Source: Callorhinchus milii
Lineage: Eukaryota
Length of the DNA stretch: 64,000 nt
Assembly (NCBI RefSeq): GCF_018977255.1
Contig: NW_024705044.1
Coordinates: 1-64,000, forward strand
Direction of reading: 5' to 3'
This document shows positions 42,701-55,880 of the stretch, one piece after another. The notes under the pieces were generated by a model. It saw only the letters and a program-made list of their open reading frames with translations. It did no database searches and was not told the DNA's origin. Every line of letters starts with the position of its first letter. Position 1 is the stretch's first letter. The position numbers and the translations under genes are program-made.

Positions 42701-45700
42701 GTGCAAATCTGAGGGCGGACGGTGCCGGGTAAGAATATTGAAATTAAACAGCCAACAAAAGAAACGTTTCGTGATGCTGTACGTTGGTGCTTACGATTGT
42801 ATGCGAGAATTCGGGCGCTGCTGATGACCATGCAATGCCCGGTGCTATTAGATTACTGCGATCGCAACTTGATAAGGGGTATGTAAAAGGTATCGTGGTA
42901 TGCACGATCTCAATTAACGAACACTCAGCTGTTCTTTTATGACCGATACTCCGAGTCCGGTCCTCGCTACAGTGCGCCACCTAGTAGCCGTACTTTACAC
43001 GAAAGGGTACCAAGTGCAATCAGTGTAATCCCGACGATAATATTACCTCTGACCTACGCGTTTTCAGAGATTCTAGTCTGTCAAAAGTCAGGGAAGGAGC
43101 CCTGAACCAGGAGCATCCCATGATTACCGTGGATCATGGCGATTGGACGAATTCCGGTATTCTATCACTATTGGAGCTCCGCTAGATCACTGGGGTGTCT
43201 GCCGCTAACCTGTACGTAGTGCCGAATGATTCGAATCAGGGGTAACCGACGTTCACTACTAGATTGTTTTGCGAACCTTCGCCCTGCTAGTCACGAGCAA
43301 AAACTTTATAGGGCTTCGTCGGACAGTTAGGTCGGCCTGCCTTGTTAGGCGGCCTAAACCGATAATAAAAATCTAACAAAATCGGTGAGCACCAGACTTG
43401 TTTAAGCTGGGGCACCCCCAATTACAGATGTCGTTGAAAGAAACATTTAGGTGGATCCAGAATAGCTACTGGGGTCGACGCCGCCCTGCAGACTAGGTCC
43501 ATAACAGTCAGGTCCGGTGTCCGGAATCTGGGATAGGGCTCGCCTGGAACGGGCTCATACCCGCCCGCTGACCTCGTGGACATAGCTGCTGCAAACCCTT
43601 TTCATAGGTCTTGCCCCGCTCTCCATCTGGAAAATCTCCATTTCGGAACTGTAGCTACTCTCAAGGGAATGTCGGTGATGGCAGCCTTCTAGTTCTGGCA
43701 TTCGCTTACACGGAAGAACTATTGCTCAGTATCTTTCAATCCGAACCCCTCACTCTGGCCCTTGTCCACGCTTGGAAACATGGAACAGTAACAGGATTCC
43801 ACGGCCGATTTGAGTGTCAAGACTACTTCAGGGATGAACCCTGCGCCGGGCTTACATATGGCAACCTAGAAAGTCACCTGTCTGCCCTTGCTATAAAGAA
43901 CCTAAGGGGCACGCAAGAAATTAAGGGATAGCCCGTAACGGTGTGTGGAAAGACCTCCAAATTTGTCAGGTTCATGCCGGAGCTTTTACGGCCTGATCCT
44001 AGAGTAAGTTTAGAAGACTAGCTTTGCTCGTTAGGTACGGGAGCTACGAGAGAAAGATAACTAAACCCTGCACCCTATACAAACCCCGGTGAAATCTATT
44101 CTTCGTCTAACTATTTTGGAACTCATTTTCACGGGCAAGCTTGATTAGTGATTTACGCGTATGTATTACAGCCTCCATGCCACGTAGCTCACCGGCGCAA
44201 GCTAAGCCAAGCGACGCCTCACCGTATATACATTTCGCCGACAGACACGCCTTTAAGTGCGCAGAAAAGTAGAACTCGAGAATGTACTTTTTGATGCCGG
44301 CATAAAGGCAACGCCAGTAATGTGATGGCGGCCTGCTGCTGCCGGGAGTTTTAACCCCAGGTTCACTAAATATGAGACACTAAGCCGATGTTTTATCCGT
44401 AGGGGCCAGCACACTGGTTAAGAAACAGAAAGAAAACGCACCGGAGTCTAGAGGTGTGTGGTCACAAAATCGGCTGGCATGTCCCTAGAACGATTGTGCA
44501 AGGCGCAAATTGGCCACAGGTAGAAAAGCTAGGTTAAAATCTGCATAGATAAGATCCATTCAGTAAAATAGACCTCTACATATCACGCCCATTCCCACTG
44601 CCATGTTCACGGACGATAAGACCTTAGTCATAACTCTACGGACCACTATAAGTCCTAAATAGGCCTCAGTTATCTCCGTCACGACCGGATCTCGATGATG
44701 AGTGTGATAGATGTATGGTGCATCATAACTTTAGAACTTCGTACATCCCCGGTAAAGCTACGTTCACCAGGCGTGAGTAATGGTAAGCTTGCGACGGTCA
44801 AAGTGTTGCGAATTTTACTCCGGAATAAGGATTATTCCTTGTACCCCTCTGAGTTGGAGGGTAGGTCTTCGTTATCGAACTATGACGACGGTTGAGGCAT
44901 GTATTCTGAACCGCGTCCAGATACCGAGCTATAGCGCTACTAATAATCTCTGCCCCTCCCTCGCTTCCATCATTCGTGACCGTAACGCCTCCGCCGGCCC
45001 GGGCGGTGTTCGAGCAGTAAGGCGACTCGATCGAAATTGGTAATATTGATTCCCACAAGCATCTGCCGGAGCAGGGCAGGCGATAAGAGAGGGGATGCTT
45101 GCGCCAGGTAACGTAGCGTTACCTTTCCTACATGCCCCAACTACCGTGACTTCAATCCAAGTTAATCGTAAGACTTTGTGACCTTCCCGGGCCAACATGT
45201 CTTGTATCAGCCGCGGGTGCCCTGTGTGATTTCAGGAAAGAGCGTTCCTCTTATGTCCAATGTTACCGGACTGGACTATTCAGGCCGGAGCCTCGCAATA
45301 CTCTTCAGTTGCCGTTTTAGGAGGGATTACACCCCTGGAAGATCCCATGTATAACGTTTAACCACAACATCGATGAAATCCCTTGTCGACTCTCGTAGGT
45401 TCCTAACAGAACGCTATGGGCCATAAGATTGGTAGGGAACATATCTTCGTCTGGCGAGTTACGGCGCTTGATTATGGAGTAGGCAGTACACCCCTCGAAT
45501 TGAACAGCCGTTAAGCAATGAAACTTGGCGTGGGCCAAAGGGATGGCAGTATTAACGTAATAGTAACACGTCTGAGAAGTCTCTATACTGGACGCAGTTA
45601 TTAGCACGCGAAAGCCGGGTGAGGTATTGGCGGCACACGAAAGGGCTCTGAACTCGGCGCTTCGACTGTACCTTGTATTCGAACTGAACGTGGGCAGTGC

Positions 45701-48700
45701 TCGCCACTATGCTTGCCCGGAAAGCGGCCCACTACAATCTTCCGAATGAACTCCATCTCCGATGGAGCCAAAACACGTTTGCAAATCGAATCATCATTGG
45801 TGTGCCTCTCCCAAATTAGGGGGGGCTCACCCAACTCACGGTAGTATCCGCTAAGGGAAGCGGAAAGTTATGTGATATTGAACCGAGGGCGAACTGTAAT
45901 TCTTTTACCGGAATAACTAATCCGGTGTCACATGATTTAAAACTGTTTGACAGGGGAACATGAGTGAGGAAAACCAATGGAAGCTGGTCCTGTATGCTGG
46001 ATCCCCGTGTGCCTTTGATTCATCCTTTAATGGTAGACTTATGATCTATATTCGCTAGTAGTCCCACCACTCGAGGAGAGAGTCTGCTTATACCAGTACC
46101 CCAAGGGAATCCTTTTCTCGGGGTCCTGTTTGGGATTCCACCTTAGGAAAGATTCAGCGATTGGAGTGGAAGGGTATGAGTTTGGTAAGTGACATTCCTA
46201 TCTCGATTCTTGTCTATAGTCGATTATAAGAATTGTATCCTTCGTCGCAATAGCTTCCAGTACCTTTTGTTGACTACCTCTGGGTGATATGGCTACTTCA
46301 TTTCAAGGCCACTACCTTCAGTGCAGTTGGACGATTGCTATATCTTACGATCCCCAAGCTTCCAGTCGCAATGGACAGTACGAGCAGGGAGAAACGAGTC
46401 AATATACGTTTCGTAGTATTTGGATACCATAATTTCATTAGCAGGCTACCCGCAATAGTATGAACAGCACCCAAACCGATCATGGATAGTTCCGAAGCGC
46501 GTCAGCTCATCGGTCCACAGACGCAGATCTCGCCCGTGTCCATTATCTCTAAGACTCTATTGTCTGCTCAGTTTATGTAGGGTATGTTTAGATTCTTCTG
46601 GCTCAAACAACGGAGTCCGCCAACATGAGAGTCGTGCGACGGGGTAAACGCCAGGGTTCATAGTAGCCATCTTCCAATCGGAAGGATTAGGAGCCATCTA
46701 GATGATCAGACCCGGGGGAAATCGATACGCAAGGATTTGACACACCGTCGTAAAGTTCTCAAACATCCTCTGGGGCGGACTGCGAAAACCGCCCCTTGGA
46801 ACTTCTACATCGTCCGACTGTACTTAAAGCGGGACCATAGGGAACACTCCCGGGCAGAGGCCCCATAACCCAAACCATAATGCTGAGGGCTACGTGTGAG
46901 CTCCCCCCGAATGGTCGGATCTATGAAGCTAGTTCATAAGCCCGAATCCAACACGAATGCAGGCATGGGATTAGCCATTAATTATCGGGGTGGTAGATGT
47001 CTGTAGAGGTAAGTCATAAGACGCAATAAGAGTTAACTTGTTTTTGCAGCATGTGAGCCTACTATACGCTGCCCGAACCCCGATATCTATTATCGGGGTA
47101 GTGTCGATCTTCTCGCGAGCTCTGGCTCGTGCTTTCCAAGTCACAACGAAGGCCAACTCAGAGTGTTGTGATAGTTCTTTAGCTTGACTAGTTACGCATT
47201 ACGACCAACTGAACCTGGATGAAACCAAGCCGTCGTCTGGTGGTCTCCGCAGTCCGACGCCGTGTCATATTGATAAGCGCGTACAGTTAGACGTACTTTA
47301 ATATGTTATTTCATTGAATTGATTTCCGACACAGAGCGCTCCCAACCGCGGCCTATGCGACGGAAGGGCCGGCAGGGGTGTCTCAGGATAGCAGGCAGAC
47401 TGCATTGCGGTGGACAAAGAGAAGCCGAATCTAATGGAGAGTTCTAAGCACAAGGGATCAGACATTTTCAGGAAGCGCATTGGTGACCGGAGTGCTAAGA
47501 TCACTTGAGGTCTAAATGATTGCTGCTCACGCGCGAGCCACTTAGAGCCTCAAACATTATTCCTTTCTTTGCTATCCACCATAGTAATTGAGGCGATTGT
47601 TCGTATAGATGGTAACCGACAGTAGAAGGAGTGCTAACTATTGATTTATGTTGGGCATTACAAACATTGCTGCATACTTCGACCGTGCACTTGCGGTCGG
47701 TAAATTGCTTATTTTTATTTGTACAAAATTTATGGGGACATACCTCAACACAGTACGTCGTAATTGGTGTTGTTTGCTCCTATTTCCTACACGGAACCAC
47801 ATAACGCGGTAGCTCGCCAGGACTCAGTATCCGGGGTTCAGTAAGCTTCTTGCCGTAATAGGGCGCTAATTCGTAATGCCTTTACTTTGTGCTTCATATT
47901 CTATTGATCTGTAAATAGATTTAGGGATGACGAAATTCCTCCGTGAGGATCCAAGCACTTGCCCTCTAGCAGCGTAGGAATTCCGTGGCGGAACTTAATC
48001 GATGAATGTGGCAACGAATGGCTTGGTTTGGGAACAGCAGACTTATCGTCCGCAGATTAAACCCTCTACAGAGTAGGCAGTCCTTCCACAACGGATGCGA
48101 ACGGCGGACTGACCATGCTTAGGAAACGTCGATATCTCTGCTCTCATAATTCACACGCGGTCAGCGATATGCCCCAAAGATGGTCTATGATAGCACGTAG
48201 GAAATAAAGGTGACCCACGCATCGATCAGGTCAACGGGCTTATATTACCGATCAAGTGACTGCCCGAACTTGAGTGATACCAGTAGGTTCCTAATACCGG
48301 TGATCGTGGATAGAATCTAACTAACGGAAAGGGTGTAATGCGGTAAATTGGTGACAGTGTTCATGGGATTCACACAACGGTAAAAGGAGTCTATCGTGTG
48401 GCACTATAACACTCAATCAGTCGGATAAGCGACGCTACTCTTGCCACAGTGAAGAACGTGTCACCCAGACCAAGTCGCCCGGAGCATGCCCCGAGGTATG
48501 CTCGTACAGGCGTCCACCAGCAGCAGAGCGTGCACTTGTAATGCACAATGTCGTTTGTATTACGCGGCAGATGGAGCCTGCAAAGTATAAATGCTGCCCA
48601 CTGAGCCGAGTTATCTTCGCGGTATCGCCCGGGACATCTGATCGGATCGACGCATATAGTTTGATGAATTCGCTCGTATTTGTCCGGTAAATCCAAATCA

Positions 48701-51700
48701 TCGAGTTACCAGCCTAGTAAGCTACGACCAGTATGTTTCCACCGTAAGTCCGCGATCACCTCTACAATTTCATCCGTACGCTAGTATTATCACGTGCAAG
48801 GCGCTTTTACCCTTGCTCAGCAAGCCGGGCTGACAATCCATTAACCGGTTGTCTAATGCTTGGAAGCAGAGTACCGGTTACAAGCATCACCGGGCACAAA
48901 CCCGAATGGTGTTTGGGATTAAACACCCGATGGAGCACCACGCGTTGTCCGCTCGTCACACAACTCTCTTCTTTACTTATGATTCTGTAAAAATAGGACC
49001 ATTGTATATGCATTTAGCGACGAAGAGTACGCTCTATGGCTTCTTCATCTAAGGGCGGGACGGTTGTGTCCTGGATCTTCGCTTGTGAATTCGCCACGAT
49101 TCTGCACGGACGGGGCCATGTGGCTTTTGACGGAACCAGTACTTGCTTATACCACGTCATATCACTCCACATAATAATTGATCCCAGAAGCACAGCCGCT
49201 TACGTCCGACGCGAAGACACCTGAAAAAGGTTCGACCAGTCCCAATGACATTAAAAGAAGTTAAAAAATGACTGTGTCTAACGTGTTCGTCATGTATCCT
49301 CGCGGTTTGTGGCAAAACTCAAAGTCGACCCACAGGAAAGGTGTGATGGCAACTTTACTGGTCCAAATAGGCCGTCCTTAAAGGACTCCAGCCGAGCAGT
49401 CATCGGCTCCTCTATTGTCTCTGTGGTGAAATGCGGGCTACTGCTCTGCGTACTATACCGATGACGGGCGCTAGGCAGACAGAAATCTTGGCCATTCCAA
49501 AAAGGACGCAATCCGTCCCAGATAAGTGGGACGATTCCTCTCCCATAGAAGACAGTACGGTTACAATCTAAGTGAAAGGTGTTTATAAGTTATTTGCCCT
49601 CCTCAATCGGTTGTTTCGTAGCCCGAGAGGTGACAGCCTTCTACGCGACTGGACGAAGACTGCTAATACTGCACGGGACGTCAATGTTGTTTGATGTACT
49701 GATTTGCGTATTCCCTTGTCGATTCATCGAGGCCGAATAACCACGGAACAAGTACTCAGCGATTTCTTTGGATGAGCAATTGGATCATGCCTAGAGGCAT
49801 GCGTAGTCGACTTGCACACACCTACGGCTAGCAAGTAGGTCGGAGTAGTTCTTCCAAGCCCCCTTACCCATACGGATTGTTCTCAGCTTGCCCATAACTG
49901 ACGGGAAGGGTCAGGGACGAAAAGAAGCCTTGGCCAATAAACTACATCAGCCAAGCTTAACGGTGCGCCTAAAGACTTAATAGCATCTCCCAGGGTATTC
50001 CCAGTGCTGCTATTGTAACACTTTCGGGTATTGACTTACTCTTGGAAGACGCGTTCTTATACCGCAAGGCCGTATTTGGGGGTCAGCGCTAGCTGGCTAG
50101 GGAGGACGCTAATGCTAGACAACAGTTTATATGGCTGTATTTCCATGGTGAGTAGCAACCCACAATGCGGCGTAACATATTTCAATTCTCGTTTCGGAAA
50201 CACTTGACAATTTAACGAAGCTGGGATCTGCACCCAAGGCAGCCTTGTGGCATCCGACTGCAGTCCGACTTCGATACAAACTATGGATGAGATAGAAAAA
50301 CGTATCGCAGGGACACCGCGAACCCGCATAATATATTGTACATGAGACTATATAAGAAGATCAATGCTGGATAAGGCACAGCCAAATCCCGAACACTACG
50401 TAGGAAAAATTAACTACCTCTATCAACATTCTCTGTGCTCGGTCTAAAGACCGGCTGCGCCGAACACAGGTTGCGAGCGATAGCCTGCGAAGTAAAGGAT
50501 ATATGCGTCACTCATGCTCAGGCTACAAGGTAAGACTCTGTTGCTAAATAATTGTCAACAAAACAAGCTGTTTCCGGACTAGCGTGGCAATTGTGAAACT
50601 TCCAGTTCCCTCTTTGACCGAAAAGGTATTGACTATCTTACTTAACCTGGGCACTGGTCGTGTGGCATAGCCATCCACTAAAAACGATATCCGGCAACTA
50701 AGCTATCACGGTGCGGCACAGTGGGGTCACGCTCCCGGAACATTGATGACCAATGTTCGCCAGGCTTTGAAAAGTAAACAATCTTATCTTCAACCGATCG
50801 AAGCCGGTCAGCGGTAAAATGGAGTCATTTTAGTGTGAGGTTGACCACAGTCAATATAACCAAGTAAGTTCGGGTCCCCCTCGATGACGGGTCAAGAACC
50901 GAAATAATCACCCCGGCTGTCAACCAGCTATGTGTGGTATGGTGTCAATGTCGAGGGTCGAGTATACACAGACTCTGGCGAGTCCATCAGCGATTGGGAC
51001 AACCACCCTCAACGGTCAACCCGTGGTTTAAGGTAGAGCGGGCGCTTCCATGCGGCGTTCATAGATACAGCGAGTGATACGTGAAGCAAAAAATGAATTG
51101 TTTGGTCCCGATACCTGGCCAGCTTTACTAGCGGACCTAACGTTGCCCGCACTCTCGTTTTAAATATAGTATCGGCAAAGCAACGACGTTACGAAGTTCA
51201 AGGCACGAGAGGTCGCCCGGGGAGGCCCGTCGTTAATTGTATTCTTTCTAAGCACAATTTTTCAAATGTTTCTACATCACGCCGTCATTCTTGATTAGAG
51301 CGGACGATCACCTAACCTCTATCGCGACTAAACGAGTAGTCAGCTGTGGATGTCTTGTCTATGACAAACGATTGATACAGCGGAGATGACCAAACTTGTC
51401 ACGGCATCTGTGCCACGTGGCAGGCGTCTGTATCGGCACCGCGGGTTAATTTGCGAGACATCGCCGTATATACTTGGTTACAGTTTCGGAAGTGATCTTA
51501 TAGCGATGGGGAATCTGAGATCTATGCTAACAGTGGGATATTGAACGACGAACACTCAACACGAGCATGATGGAAAGCATCAATCTCATAGCTATGCAGT
51601 TATATTCTCGTACATGTCTGGGACTCTGTCACAGCACTATCAGCATCGCCACATAGATACCTGATGGACTGCAAGGATGCTTATACCCCGTTGACCGGAC

Positions 51701-53704
51701 ATAGCAAGCCTGGTGCTCTAGCAAACCGCTCGGGCCTTTTCATGGGGCATGACCGGGGATAATCCAGATCGCTTCTGCGGACGCCACCACTAGCTATGCC
51801 CCGGATTTGTCGTGTAAGCAATTTCGAACCTCCTAAAATTCCGAGACGGCCTTGGGCTCTTATATATAGAAGGCTCGCCAAAGCATTGGCCAGCTTGATC
51901 TGGGGCATGGGCTTAAAGAATCCCCGCCGGTAACTTGTTGCGTTATAAGGACCACCGACATGCCGGTCCGCTGGCGCCGCATAGCCGACACCGTAATGTT
52001 TCTGTTCTAGGTACTGCTATTTTATCCTCAATAGTACTCGCCCCAAGGCATTCTGGGAGTGCCAATGTCTTGCCAGATCATTGTGTTCACTGTGTTTATG
52101 CGGACCCAGAGGCACCTTGGGAATTAGAGCGCCGGGCTGGGGAGCTCTTAAAAAACATATATACTATCTGAGTCTACAGGGTAGTTTCAGACTAAAGACC
52201 GAATTTAAGGGTCGGTAGTGTACCTCAGGGACTATGCAGTCATAACGTGTACCGCATGTGGTACACCACTGTGCGGCGCAATAAACAGGTGCGTCACACG
52301 AAGCGCCGAACATAGAGAAAGTGAAACCACGCGGATTGCGAATAATGCCCAACACCCGAAGCAAGGCGCATAAAGTTGGTCGTTCGATCAGCCTTCCATA
52401 CACCATGAGGGCACGGGTCCCTGAGCATAAGGATTAGATAGGGGCCTGTTGCTGGCTCTTCCTTGCCTGGCGATGCGAGTATTTGCACGGATGCCCCGCG
52501 GTAACAGAATAATGGCAGCCCTGAAGCGTGCAGGCATTATAGAAGTAATCGCCTCCAAGTATCTGGGTAAGGTTAAGGACCGCGAGAGATAATTTTTTTG
52601 TCGAATAGGGATTCCGTACTCGGCCGCACGCTACTGGCGAGCCATAAATTTCACCGTCAGCATGGGGTATCTTCCATGACCAGACGCTAGGGCGATGGGG
52701 TCGCGTCAGACTTTTTCGGATTAAGAAATATATATGAGATAAAGAACGACGCTTCGGTCTCAACGCAGTACCGAACAGCATACATAGACTAGGTATCCTC
52801 GTGTCCGTTGCTCAGCCCGCCAAATAAGTGCCAAATTGCAAGTCAGGAGGCTACCATCAGATACAGCGCTCGACAAACCCGATGTCGAAGTAGTTCGAAG
52901 ATAAGCGGCGGGTTCCCCGAGCAGTTGAATGGGTGATACTGATACTGAACCTGCACGGATTAAATATGCTCAGACCGATTATTGGCTGACCTGCTCCCAT
53001 TGGATCCAGGCACTCAACAACGACGACGTAACAATTTAACTACTCCAGTGTACGGAGGTGTGGCACTACGCCCCAGTCCCATACCACAGACCTGGGAGTC
53101 CCTTATACTTGCCACCTACCGCAATTTATCTTTTAGTGGTTATGCTAGTGACGGCCTGACTTAACAAAAATTTACACAACAAACGCGTTAGGTAGGGTGT
53201 ATCTGCAGTACTCGCGTTATACTGGGATTTTGTTTATTGAGTTTGGCTGGCGAGTCATGTTGTAGCCTAGGGTTAGTTAGTCTGCCTTCTGCTGAGCTTC
53301 CATGCCGACTGAATACGTACCGGATTGCAGATTACAGGCTGCTGAATCATCCGCCGCATATTAAGATAGAAGCTGTCACTGCACATTATTTGGATTCTGG
53401 CCGTAGGTTACATGGATGAGATAGGCAGGTGCTGGCAGCTCGATACACCGCCTGCTAGTGAGTAAGCATCTCTTGTTATATCTTTCCCGAGACAACCATA
53501 ATAATTAGTGAGATGTCCATTTAACCTCCGCATGTAGGCGGCGAAGAGACTTACTTGCGGATGTGTCACTCGTATTGGGTTAAATGCATGGCGGCTGAGA
53601 AGAAGCCGAACGGTCCTCACATTGCCCATCTTACAAATTGCTCCGCATTCATCGCGAGGATGGAGGCTTCTGGGAGTGGTCGCGTTGCTTTGTCAAATGC
53701 AAGG
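3727..53704. other. ~50 kb featureless, random-like block (probable synthetic, shuffled or gap-fill sequence)
   Basis: By eye the base usage is even, and CpG, TpA and CTAG are common. None of the SINEs, LINEs or microsatellites that fill both flanks occurs here. The longest homopolymers are ~8 nt. The longest ORF is 180 aa, and no ORF resembles a known protein. Both boundaries are abrupt. Confidence 0.85.
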
Positions 53705-54386
53705 CCCCCCCGTCCTCCCCCCCTTCTCTTCGCCCCCTCCCGCCTCCCCCCCCCGCCGCCCCGGCCCCCACCGTTTTCTTCGCCCCCCGCCCCCCTCTGC
53801 CGCCCTGTCCCCCCGCCCCCGTTCACTTCGCCCCCCGCCACCCCCCCCGTTCTCTTCACCCCCCGTTCTCTTCGCATCCCCGCCTCCACCGTTCTCTTCG
53901 CCCCCGCCACCCCCCCCCCGTTCTCTTCACCCCCCGTTCTCTTCGCACCCCCCGCCCCCCCCGTTCTCTTCGCCCCCGCCACCCCCCCCGTTCTCTTCAC
54001 CCCCGTTCTCTTCGCCCCCCCCCCCCGCCCCCCCCGTTCTCTTCGCCCCCCGCCACCCCCCTCCGTTCTCTTCACCCCCCCGTCCCCCCCGTTCTCTTCG
54101 CCCCCCCCCCCCCCCCCCCCGTTATCTTCGCGCCCCCCGCCACCCCCCCCCCCGTTCTCTTCACCCGCCCCACCGTTTTCTTCGCTCCCCCCCGTCCCCC
54201 CGTTCTCTTCGCCCCCCGCCACCCCCCCCCCGTTCTCTTCACCCCCCGTTCTCTTCGCCCCCCCCCCGTTCTCTTCGCCCCCCGCCACCCCCCTCCCGTT
54301 CTCTTCACCCGCCCCCACCGTTTTCTTCGCTCCCCCCGTCCCCCCCCGTCCCCACGCCCCCCCCGCCCCCATACCCCCGCCCCCCC
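53705..54386. repeat. C-rich minisatellite, unit ~CCCCCCGTTCTCTTCGCCCCCCGCCA
   Basis: About 20 imperfect copies of GTTCTCTTC(G/A) separated by C-tracts of variable length; the minus strand is G-tract rich. Confidence 0.95.
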
Positions 54387-54433
54387 GATTATCACGGTTG
54401 GCTACGTATGGTGCGAAAGAAGTTCAACATACA
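54385..54433 (+). mobile_element. L2-like LINE 3' tip
   Basis: ccgattatcacggttggctacgtatggtgcgaaagaagttcaacataca matches the reverse complement of 393-442. Confidence 0.7.
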
Positions 54434-54913
54434 CGCAGCTGGGTGTTGTCCACTGCCAGCGTTTGTTGTCAATTTTTTCCGAATTGTGATCCCGATTGTG
54501 CCATCGGCGCCACGCGAAGCCGTTGGTGTTACAGAGCACGGCCCACTGAAGCGGATACCATCGAGCTGCCTCTTGGGATCCCTTCAATGCCGCCTGGTCC
54601 ACGTAGCGGGGTGGCGGCACTTGCGCACACACGCACTGTTTTGGGCTCTGAATCCAGCAAACTGAGTTCGATTCCCCGCCACGGCCAACATTCAGTGTGG
54701 CGTGAAATCGGAATCTGTCCCTTTACGAACCCGCACACACCGACCAAACTGAGCATTTTTTTCATATATATCTAAACGAAACGATTTTTTTTTCATTTTA
54801 GCAGGAAAGGCCCACTGAACTATATAGCTACTTTTCACAAGTAACCTGGCCACAAATGATATCCCAATGAAGTGGCTTATCATATGGAAATTTATGGCAT
54901 CCAAATACTCTTC

Positions 54914-55140
54914 AACAGCATGATGAAGTATGGTCAGACAAACCCCCATGGCGACAAGGCACGGGGAAGCCTCCACTCGGCAATGCATAGACAAAGGGCT
55001 GTACATGATTAAATGATGGCCGGTGGTCGAGACTAACGACGGAGTGACAGCTAAAGGAATGAACACGTTCGACCAGAGGCAGATGGAGTGATGAAATCGG
55101 CTCGTGTGCTGTCACTCCGTGTATCGTTGAGTCACGAGGC
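54914..55140 (+). repeat. Interspersed repeat fragment (SINE/LINE 3' body, family not identified)
   Basis: cagcatgatgaagtatggtcagacaaacccccatg matches cagcgtggtgaagtatggtcaaacgactcccatg at ~57446-57479. The right boundary is approximate. Confidence 0.45.
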
Positions 55141-55148
55141 CGTGAGAG

Positions 55149-55329
55149 ATGTATGTACGTTGAACTTCTTTGTCACAGTACGTAGACAATCGTGTGGGAG
55201 AAGGACATCACACTAAACACAAAAAGCAGTTCTCAAGAAATGACTTTTCAATCTAGATTTCAAAGTGCATAGCTCCAGTGGCTTCCTAATATCGGAAGGA
55301 AGAGCGTTCCAGACGGCCGCAGATGCGCA
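55149..55329 (-). mobile_element. L2-clade LINE 3' end fragment
   Basis: Aligns with ~388-578, including atagctccagtggcttcctaa and ggaaggaagagcgttccagacggccgcaga. Confidence 0.75.
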
Positions 55330-55330
55330 A

Positions 55331-55396
55331 AGATGGCGAAAGCTTGGAGAGGCTTTCATGCAACGGTGGATAGATCATGGCTGATGATGATGATGA
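55331..55396 (+). mobile_element. RTE-clade LINE 3' end
   Basis: Translates as RWRKLGEAFMQRWIDHG* followed by a (GAT)n tail, typical of RTE ORF termini (W..LGEAF..QW). A homologous copy lies at 58640-58726. Confidence 0.7.
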
Positions 55397-55725
55397 CATT
55401 TAAAATCGCACGCCAATTCTGTTCACATACGGTCACGTGCGCGGTGTTGTGGAGCTGATGTGCGTCTGTGATGTGGCCACCACCTGTTGACAGATGGCGT
55501 TTTAGCTCGCATGTTCATTGCGTTATCGTCTTTGTGGTTCAGCCACGACACAAACACTACCCTGACCACGAGCACGGGCAGCAGCTGGAGGAGGAGGATG
55601 CAATGCAGTCATCGACTTGTGCTGAAATTCAGAGGCAATACGTGCGCTTACAATTTGTATATTTGTTGAACTTCATTCGCGCCGTACGTTTAGAGCAACG
55701 AAGGCTTTTTTTTTTACCACGACTC

Positions 55726-55880
55726 GCACGCGCAGTGGTGACACTTGTGCCTCGCAATAGGAAGGGACCTGGGTTCGATTACCAACTGAGGCGCCTTTTT
55801 GTGTGAAAATTTGTCTATTCTCTACCTGTTTCGCATGGGTTTCCTCCACGTTCTCCAAATTTACTCCCACAGCTAAAAAT
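55726..55880 (+). mobile_element. V-SINE-like tRNA-derived SINE (degenerate)
   Basis: A-box-like gcgcagtgg and B-box GGGTTCGATT, then tttgtgtg...gcatgggtttcctcc...tcccacag, which matches the V-domain consensus as I recall it (GCGTGGGTTTCCTCCGGGTGCTCCGGTTTCCTCCCACA). Confidence 0.65.

Noticed and set aside
3727-53704. Hidden virus, operon, CRISPR array or novel system in the central block
   Set aside because: I found no long ORFs, recurring repeat-spacer pattern, terminal repeats or recognisable motifs by eye. A short planted signal could still be missed without a computed self-comparison.
53555-54775. Pro-rich and Gly-rich ORFs of 251-406 aa (extensin- or formin-like)
   Set aside because: They are open in several frames on both strands because the C-rich minisatellite lacks stop codons.
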